Virus genome (UHGV): UHGV-0169486
DNA from: a virus
DNA: 50,405 nt
Direction: 5' to 3' (one strand)
Positions 44,702-50,405 of the stretch are shown piece after piece (within the stretch, counting starts at the first letter, position 1; each line of letters begins with the position of its first letter). Under the pieces are notes generated by a model, which was given only the letters and a program-made list of their open reading frames with translations, was not told the DNA's origin and searched no databases. The position numbers and the translations under genes are program-made.

Positions 44702-45034
44702 TTATAGTGGATGATGCCATTTCATTTCAGTTTCTGAATTAAACGGGTTTTCTTCGCTTGAAAGGAATAAATCACGCTCCCGTTTCAGTTCTTCCGGGCT
44801 TATTTCTATTTCATCAATCTGACCGAACGATCCCGGCATCATTCGTTTTAAGTCAGATAGCGGTCGCATAAGGCCGCAGCCGCGTAACAGCATATCAACC
44901 GCGAATTTTCGCCGCCCGCCAGCGTCATTGAAGCGGCGCGACCAGGGCGCTACCACGATCCGGCGTTCGAATTCGATAAATAGTGATAGCTTGTTTGTGT
45001 TAGCGTCATACGCTTTGTGGAATTTAATTTTCAT
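44702..45034 (-). CDS. hypothetical protein
   Basis: ORF track; GAGGTG RBS. Confidence 0.5.
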   Translation of the reverse strand: MKIKFHKAYDANTNKLSLFIEFERRIVVAPWSRRFNDAGGRRKFAVDMLLRGCGLMRPLSDLKRMMPGSFGQIDEIEISPEELKRERDLFLSSEENPFNSETEMKWHHPL

Positions 45035-45215
45035 TTAACACCTCGACATATTGCTCAAGATGCCATTGCCCCACCTCGTCGTAATCTTCATCAAATATTG
45101 TTACTTGACCACCCGGGCCGAAATGAAAGGCAGTAGCAATAAATTCATGTCCCCACCATGACATTAATCTTTCACCGCCTTTCAGGTGTTTAACCTTCAC
45201 TAATTTTATAGCCAT
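45024..45215 (-). CDS. hypothetical protein (start uncertain)
   Basis: ORF track; internal ATG with GGTGAAAG RBS also possible. Confidence 0.4.
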   Translation of the reverse strand: MAIKLVKVKHLKGGERLMSWWGHEFIATAFHFGPGGQVTIFDEDYDEVGQWHLEQYVEVLNEN

Positions 45216-45478
45216 ACGCCGAACATCCCATCCAGTCCGGCGAACAATTTACGCCAGTGGTTTTCAACATAAGCCCGGAACGGCTTAACGCGAACATTGC
45301 GGGCCTTCAGTTCAATCTTGTCGAAGAAACGCGGCTCTATAATTGTTCCGTCCAGATATTTAACCAGGATTGGGCGCTCAAGATCGTTATATGTCTTGTT
45401 CAGCACAACCAGACCAGGGTCACTACGATATTCAGGCAAAACAACAAGATCGCCCTCTTTTACATTCCAAGTAACCAT
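45206..45478 (-). CDS. hypothetical protein
   Basis: ORF track (45206..45481); AAGGGG RBS. Confidence 0.5.
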   Translation of the reverse strand: MVTWNVKEGDLVVLPEYRSDPGLVVLNKTYNDLERPILVKYLDGTIIEPRFFDKIELKARNVRVKPFRAYVENHWRKLFAGLDGMFGVWL

Positions 45479-45597
45479 CACATCAACCCCTTACCAATAA
45501 AAGCCAATACCGCAGCAAGTGCTCCGCAAAATGCAATCGTAAACAGGAAACAAATAACGCAAAACGCGACCGTCACAATATCCTTACCGACTTTCAT
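45478..45597 (-). CDS. hydrophobic micro-protein (39 aa)
   Basis: Own translation MKVGKDIVTVAFCVICFLFTIAFCGALAAVLAFIGKGLM; coupled to neighbours. Confidence 0.4.
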   Translation of the reverse strand: MKVGKDIVTVAFCVICFLFTIAFCGALAAVLAFIGKGLM

Positions 45598-45599
45598 GA

Positions 45600-45719
45600 T
45601 TAACCCCACATATTAGTAATCAGTTTTATGATCGCTATCGTGATATAAAGCGAAGCGGCAAGATAAGCAACCGCTATTGCAACCCCTGCGGATAACGCTG
45701 CTATTTTGATTATGTTCAT
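45600..45719 (-). CDS. hydrophobic micro-protein (39 aa)
   Basis: Own translation MNIIKIAALSAGVAIAVAYLAASLYITIAIIKLITNMWG; GGAGG RBS; ATGA overlap with upstream stop. Confidence 0.4.
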   Translation of the reverse strand: MNIIKIAALSAGVAIAVAYLAASLYITIAIIKLITNMWG

Positions 45720-45967
45720 TTTTCAGCCTCCGCAATAAATTTATCCAGCCATTTATTATTCGCCAGGCGTTCGGCATCTTCGCCAAATGATTTACGATCG
45801 CTTAATTCCTGTCGAGTAGGGAAAGGCCATTTATCACTCCAGCCCGCAGACGTTTCGAATTCATAGTTGCCGCCGCCGAAATCAACAAATACATCACTAT
45901 CATCAAGGCTTTCCGCAGTTCTCTGAAAACCTCTACAGTTATTTTCGCTTAATGTTGTAGCTGTCAT
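45716..45967 (-). CDS. hypothetical protein
   Basis: ORF track (45716..46195); ATG 45967 with GAGGAG RBS; upstream part of track ORF overlaps another gene. Confidence 0.5.
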   Translation of the reverse strand: MTATTLSENNCRGFQRTAESLDDSDVFVDFGGGNYEFETSAGWSDKWPFPTRQELSDRKSFGEDAERLANNKWLDKFIAEAEK

Positions 45968-45980
45968 GATTAACTCCTCA

Positions 45981-46259
45981 TTAATCGTTAATAACCTGGC
46001 CCATACGCCCGCGATATTTGCGCATACGTGGATCGACATATTCAGGCCAATGCATATCATCAGTTTTCTGTAGTGGGTAAAAACTTGCCTGCCAGTTGTC
46101 GAACCATATTTGCTTTGCGTACAGGTCACTAAATCTTTTTGCCATCCGATCCGCTGCCGTGCCGCATAAAAAAAGCTCATGATCGATTTGATCACGGGCT
46201 TCTTTTAATACTTGCTCTTTTGTTCGTGGTGGCGGTGGCGCTTTTAAATAATCACCCAT
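45981..46259 (-). CDS. hypothetical protein
   Basis: ORF track. Confidence 0.5.
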   Translation of the reverse strand: MGDYLKAPPPPRTKEQVLKEARDQIDHELFLCGTAADRMAKRFSDLYAKQIWFDNWQASFYPLQKTDDMHWPEYVDPRMRKYRGRMGQVIND

Positions 46260-46274
46260 CGCTAACCTATTTAA

Positions 46275-46694
46275 TCAGAACGGGATATCGTCATCGAAGT
46301 CCATCGGCGGCGGATTATTCCCGTTATTATTCTGCTGCTGCGGCGGCGCTTTCTGCTGCTGGCCTTGCTGCTGGCCTTGTTGGTTAACGTTCATGAATTC
46401 AAATTCGTTAACCGCCACTTCTACCGCCGTCCCCTTAGTGCCGTCGTTCCGGTCATATTGCCGAACATCCAGGCGACCACTTACAACTATCTTTCCACCC
46501 TTGCGGATATGTGACGCTAATTTTTCCGCTCGCTCACCGAATACCAGGCAAGTGATCCACATCGTCCGCTTATTATCGCCGTAGCCATTCGTTACAGCTA
46601 ACGGAAAACTACCAATCGCCTTCCCGTTTTGCGTATAGCGTACTTCCATGTCGTTTCCGATATTCCCGCCAAGCGTGATTGAATTTAAACTCAT
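46275..46694 (-). CDS. ssb: single-stranded DNA-binding protein
   Basis: OB-fold-like N-terminus, Gln/Gly-rich linker, acidic C-terminal tail DFDDDIPF; TAATG coupling with erf. Confidence 0.85.
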   Translation of the reverse strand: MSLNSITLGGNIGNDMEVRYTQNGKAIGSFPLAVTNGYGDNKRTMWITCLVFGERAEKLASHIRKGGKIVVSGRLDVRQYDRNDGTKGTAVEVAVNEFEFMNVNQQGQQQGQQQKAPPQQQNNNGNNPPPMDFDDDIPF

Positions 46695-47335
46695 TAGCTC
46701 ATCTCCACATTAAGCTCTGCGATCCGGATGTCATAAACATCTTTTGCTTTAACTCGATGTTCCGATCCTTCCGGCAGTAATTTCCAGCATTTACCGAATA
46801 TTTCACGCAACTTGTTAGCGTCCGGCGCTTTCGCTGCTGCATCACAGAAACGCGCTAACACTTCATCAGGATTTGGCGGCGCTTTCTGCTGCTGCTGTTG
46901 TTGTTTTGGCTGGTTTTTCTGCTGTCTAGGCTGCTGGCCTGTCTGCTTACTGTAAGCATCAGTATCCGCGTCTTTTGCATCGTCTATGCAGAATAAACCG
47001 TTCAAAGCATATTTCCGCGCGTAACTTGATGTTGCTCCTGTTAGCTGGCTTGCATCCATTCCCTTCTTATTATCTTCCTCCCTTGCGTAAGCAGTTACCG
47101 CTATCGCGTCCTCACCGTCACTTAGTGTCGCCGTAGCTTTCACGTAATAGCGTTCGCCAATTAAGACGATTTCATCACTTACCGTCAGAGTGATATTTTG
47201 AAGCAGTGGTTTAACAGCCTCTAAAATATCTTCTGCCGAACGATAATTATAACCGCCAAAATTATTGCGCTGACTTTTCGGCGCATTCAGCGTCTGCTGA
47301 ATAGTCCACAGCTTTTTATGTAATTCTGTTTTCAC
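46694..47335 (-). CDS. erf: ERF-family single-strand annealing recombinase
   Basis: Recalled similarity to P22 Erf (LNAPK, YRS.EDILE.VKPLL, DEIVLIG.RYYVKATAT, GATSSYARKY, DDAKDADT); GTG start with GAGGGAGA RBS. Confidence 0.85.
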   Translation of the reverse strand: MKTELHKKLWTIQQTLNAPKSQRNNFGGYNYRSAEDILEAVKPLLQNITLTVSDEIVLIGERYYVKATATLSDGEDAIAVTAYAREEDNKKGMDASQLTGATSSYARKYALNGLFCIDDAKDADTDAYSKQTGQQPRQQKNQPKQQQQQQKAPPNPDEVLARFCDAAAKAPDANKLREIFGKCWKLLPEGSEHRVKAKDVYDIRIAELNVEMS

Positions 47336-47454
47336 CCTTTAATCTCCCTCGCTGTTAACACTACATATAAAGCTTTATTCGCGGTGCTCCACATTTCGGC
47401 ATCGTGAAGCATTTCCGCTACAGCCAGTTTGAATTGAAGCGCCTGAACAACCAT
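47332..47454 (-). CDS. possible small protein (40 aa) coupled to erf
   Basis: Own translation MVVQALQFKLAVAEMLHDAEMWSTANKALYVVLTAREIKG; AAGGTGA RBS; stop overlaps erf start. Confidence 0.35.
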   Translation of the reverse strand: MVVQALQFKLAVAEMLHDAEMWSTANKALYVVLTAREIKG

Positions 47455-47484
47455 AATGTCACCTTTGAAAGTTTACATTTTGTA

Positions 47485-47775
47485 TTATCTGTAGCGTACT
47501 TTATCCAGGGGTTTTTCCCCTAGACTACGCGGTTGTGTTGCGTGGTAGTAATTGCCGCTTTCGTTTTCCGCATACCATTTTGCCGCACCTTTGCGATGCT
47601 CTTTAATGCCATTCGGTTTGCATCTTTCTACGTTTGCAAAACGAATAGCTTTATCAACATTGTCAGTTTTATTGATTGCAGGTGATGATTTTCTTTCGTT
47701 TTCTCTTTTTATTCTTCTGCGTTCCCTGGCATTTATTTTGCTATCACATTTGCCATACATAATTGTTACGGTCAT
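47485..47775 (-). CDS. N-like transcription antitermination protein (arginine-rich motif)
   Basis: First gene downstream of PL-like promoter and boxA/boxB; ARM-like NARERRRIKRENERK; AAGGAG RBS. Confidence 0.55.
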   Translation of the reverse strand: MTVTIMYGKCDSKINARERRRIKRENERKSSPAINKTDNVDKAIRFANVERCKPNGIKEHRKGAAKWYAENESGNYYHATQPRSLGEKPLDKVRYR

Positions 47776-47831
47776 AATCTGATCTCCTTATATCCCATGA
47801 TGATACTTAATAAAAATCATCTTCATTAATT

Positions 47832-47869
47832 GCCGCACTTCCAGCGGCTGACCAGATTGTTAAAGAGCA
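47832..47869 (-). promoter_or_regulatory. nutL-like site (boxA TGCTCTTTAACAA plus boxB-like hairpin)
   Basis: boxA matches recalled rrn/lambda boxA consensus; hairpin GCCGC-TGGAAGT-GCGGC; between PL-like promoter and N-like gene. Confidence 0.6.
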
Positions 47870-47911
47870 AGTAACCTTCTTTCCCCTGCCTTGCTACCTC
47901 CTTTGCCTCGA

Positions 47912-47940
47912 AATATACGCCCCGTGATACACCGAGTCAA
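47912..47940 (-). promoter_or_regulatory. PL-like sigma70 promoter
   Basis: TTGACT - 17 nt - TATATT on minus strand; TATCACG operator-like half-site within spacer. Confidence 0.65.
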
Positions 47941-48029
47941 TCCATTTTGTATACTTTTTTAAATATTTTATATGTCATTGATATTTAAATAATAAAACAC
48001 GTTTTATGTTTACGTTTTGGTGTTTTCAG

Positions 48030-48058
48030 GGCAAAGAAAAGCCGCCATTCGGCGGCTA
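48030..48058 (-). terminator. rho-independent terminator downstream of repressor gene
   Basis: GCCGCC-attc-GGCGGC hairpin with T-run on minus strand. Confidence 0.55.
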
Positions 48059-48063
48059 ATTTT

Positions 48064-48675
48064 TTATGGCAGGTTTACGATCTTCGCGTCCACCACCACG
48101 CCTATGATTTTCGATTCAGGATTCATGGGGATTGGTGGATACAGCGGGTTAAGCGAACGTAAAAGCCTTTGACCTCCATCAATAATCAACTGTTTAAACG
48201 TCGGTATTTGCCCTTCCTCAAGCTGTGCTATAACCAGCTTTCCATCGATAGCTGGCGCGTGTGGGTCAACAAGTATCATCGTCCCGGCAGGGATGCTCAA
48301 CCCCTGCGGCGCGTTCATTGATTCACCTTTAGCAACCAGCCAGTAACTATCATCTGAACAAATAACGCTAGTCGTAACGTGTGGTAATGTTGATCGCCTT
48401 GTATCTTCCATATTGTTTACTGTGTCCTTCCAGTCAACAACCGGGTAACTGCCTAAATCACGCTGCGGCGCTCCCGGTAACGTGTTAGAAACAGAATCAT
48501 CAATGACCATTCCATCATGGGTAACAGTGAACTGCCGACGACCAAGTGCCCGCATAATCCGCGCAATATCTTCAAGATTTGGCTCGCGGCGACCGTTAAG
48601 CCAGTGTGACAGGCCGCCTTTAGTTATCCCCATGAGATCCGCGAGTGAATCCTGGCTCATGCCTTGCGCTCGCAT
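48064..48675 (-). CDS. CI-like repressor (HTH plus LexA/S24 peptidase domain); 5' end possibly frameshifted
   Basis: HTH SQDSLADLMGITKGGLSHWLNG; S24 region with GESM and Lys; annotated ATG lacks RBS and truncates helix 1. Confidence 0.7.
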   Translation of the reverse strand: MRAQGMSQDSLADLMGITKGGLSHWLNGRREPNLEDIARIMRALGRRQFTVTHDGMVIDDSVSNTLPGAPQRDLGSYPVVDWKDTVNNMEDTRRSTLPHVTTSVICSDDSYWLVAKGESMNAPQGLSIPAGTMILVDPHAPAIDGKLVIAQLEEGQIPTFKQLIIDGGQRLLRSLNPLYPPIPMNPESKIIGVVVDAKIVNLP

Positions 48676-48874
48676 GAGCTGCTTTGCTAAGTCATACCAT
48701 TTGTTTTCATGTCGCTACCCTATAACCTCAAAAGTTTGATACAAGTCACAAAATGTATTTTTCAAAGCCTTGATTTAAAAACTCCATTCTGTAAACTTGC
48801 AGACAAGGTAAGGCCATAGTTGCAAAGACGCAAAAAAAAAGATAACGGAATAGCACAAAAAGGCGCATACCTCA

Positions 48875-48908
48875 TGCTCTTTAAAAATCCGGTGTCGCTG
48901 CGAAGCGA
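48875..48908 (+). promoter_or_regulatory. nutR-like site (boxA TGCTCTTTAAAAA plus hairpin TCGCT-GCGA-AGCGA)
   Basis: boxA-like sequence and tetraloop hairpin in PR leader, upstream of first rightward gene. Confidence 0.5.
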
Positions 48909-49017
48909 AAAACAAATATCACGCAACGGCGGGATCTGTTGAGCGGTCAGTCACTGCTATCTAATGCTAATGGGATGCCCGCCCGCGCGTTCACTCTAAC
49001 CATAGGAGAAAAACAAG

Positions 49018-49272
49018 ATGAGTATGCACATGATGAATGAAGCATGGAACGTAAAACTTAACAGCCCGATCCAAAAACTTGTCTTAATTGCGTTTGCAGA
49101 AAAGGCAGACAACAAAGGCCGCGCACATGCTTCACGCGAAGAGATCGCAAAAGTGTGCGAACTGCCACTGCATACTACTGTTGACGCATTAAATTCATTG
49201 ATCCGCAAAGGATTCATTAAACGCGCTGACGAATACGGCGACATTTATGACATTGCATTGCCGGAGGAATGA
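49018..49272 (+). CDS. winged-helix DNA-binding protein, first gene of rightward operon
   Basis: ORF track; AGGAG RBS; winged-helix-like segment. Confidence 0.6.
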   Translation: MSMHMMNEAWNVKLNSPIQKLVLIAFAEKADNKGRAHASREEIAKVCELPLHTTVDALNSLIRKGFIKRADEYGDIYDIALPEE

Positions 49273-49275
49273 TCT

Positions 49276-50328
49276 ATGAAATGGTTTAAGCATGATAGCG
49301 ATGCAAACCGCGATGAAAAACTTCAAAACGTTTTATTAGATTATGGCCTGGAAGGGTACGGGCTTTATTGGTATTGCCTAGAACTAATAACTTATGACGT
49401 AGATCAGCACAATCTAACTTTTGACCTACGACATGACGCAAGAATAATTGCGCGAAACGTCGGATCTACTGAAAAACGTATAGAAGAAATGATGAAATAC
49501 TTCATCGAAATTGGTTTGTTTGAATGTTCTCAAGGCCACATAACTTGTTTAAAGTTATTGAAAAGGCTGGACCAATCAATGACTTCTAAAAGCGCTTACA
49601 GGGCCGCCATAAACACAGCGAAGGAGCAATTAACATTAGAAAAGTTAATCAATCCAACACAAAAAGGTCATGACCGGGTCATGACCAGGTCAGGAAAGGG
49701 TCATGAATTAGAATTAGAAGTAGAAAAAGAAAGAGAAAAAGATATATACACTTCGTGTATTGTCGAAAATGAACAAAAAATGGTCAATCAGGATGGCGTA
49801 AACGAAGCGGCATTGCGTTGCCTGGCCTTCTACAACGACAAGGCAGGATGCAAATGTCGTGATGCTAAGCCATTCGTAGAACTACTGACAGAAACAAAAA
49901 CACGTAAAGCGTATACGGAGGATGAGATCACATTAGTGATTGAGTGGGCTTTAACGCAATGGCGTAGCCGTGGTGGAACACCTAAGCCTATCAACATTTG
50001 CCGGGTAACTAAGTTTGATGGGTATTTGGCTGATGCTGAACAATGGCGCAAGCTATCAGCTACTGTAAACGCCGCCGACGTAGTGGAAGCATTTAACAGC
50101 ACGTTTGATGGCCTGTTACCACCTGCTGAACTTGATCGGGATCTGGAACGTAAAATTTATGCGTTCTCTGACTACCTGAAAGATAAAAGCGTCAAAGGCT
50201 TTATCAGCTACTTCGAAGCGTTCAAAAATACGGCCTCAGATTTTTACTTCGGCAATGGCTTCACTGCGACACTAGATTTCTTACTAAAACCAAAAACGCT
50301 ACGCGACACCCGCGCTGGCGCTCTTTGA
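49276..50328 (+). CDS. replication initiator / replisome organizer
   Basis: N-terminal WFKHD...GLEGYGLYWYCLEL motif typical of phage replisome-organizer N-domain; iterons plus AT-rich tract inside gene. Confidence 0.75.
   Translation: MKWFKHDSDANRDEKLQNVLLDYGLEGYGLYWYCLELITYDVDQHNLTFDLRHDARIIARNVGSTEKRIEEMMKYFIEIGLFECSQGHITCLKLLKRLDQSMTSKSAYRAAINTAKEQLTLEKLINPTQKGHDRVMTRSGKGHELELEVEKEREKDIYTSCIVENEQKMVNQDGVNEAALRCLAFYNDKAGCKCRDAKPFVELLTETKTRKAYTEDEITLVIEWALTQWRSRGGTPKPINICRVTKFDGYLADAEQWRKLSATVNAADVVEAFNSTFDGLLPPAELDRDLERKIYAFSDYLKDKSVKGFISYFEAFKNTASDFYFGNGFTATLDFLLKPKTLRDTRAGAL
49666..49755 (+). other. putative origin of replication (iterons plus AT-rich region)
   Basis: Four GGTCATGA-type repeats at exact 11-bp spacing (49666, 49677, 49688, 49699) followed by AT-rich tract, inside initiator gene. 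Confidence 0.6.
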
Positions 50329-50405
50329 CTACCAAGCTTCACAAAAACCCAAAATAACCCACTTAAACGCTCCCCTAACGCGATAAAACATATCAAGTGC
50401 TATAC

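Noticed and set aside
48482-48739. Plus-strand 85-aa ORF as a cro-like gene
   Set aside because: It overlaps the repressor coding region antisense and has no HTH; no cro-sized plus-strand ORF exists between the repressor and the 49018 gene.
1-50405. Integrase, CRISPR array, rRNA or tRNA genes, terminal direct repeats
   Set aside because: No ORF with recombinase features, no regularly spaced repeat-spacer structure, no RNA gene signatures recognised, and the first and last 80 nt share no repeat.

Overview
The window reads as a complete or near-complete, circularly permuted genome of a lambdoid-type siphovirus (about 50.4 kb); all calls below come from reading the sequence and the ORF track, with no database searches. 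Plus-strand rightward early operon (wraps the window end): winged-helix protein, replisome organizer with internal iteron origin, HTH-metallophosphoesterase, DnaB-like helicase, NinB, small ORFs. Minus-strand immunity and leftward block (48.7 to 34.3 kb): cI-like repressor, PL with nutL, N-like protein, Erf, SSB, C5-methyltransferase, NinG, RusA, Q and about 45 small ORFs. Minus-strand late block (33.9 to 5.6 kb): pinholin/SAR-endolysin/Rz-Rz1 lysis cassette, an HExxH protein, an array of 11 micro-ORFs, terminase, portal, head genes and a lambda-like tail module (tape measure, M, L, K, I, J, side tail fiber). No integrase, tRNA or CRISPR array was found. The most unusual content is the tandem micro-ORF array of single-transmembrane peptides (30929-31879), the opposite-strand AT-rich gene islands inserted into the tail cluster, an apparent frameshift at the repressor 5' end, and several repeated regulatory motifs.
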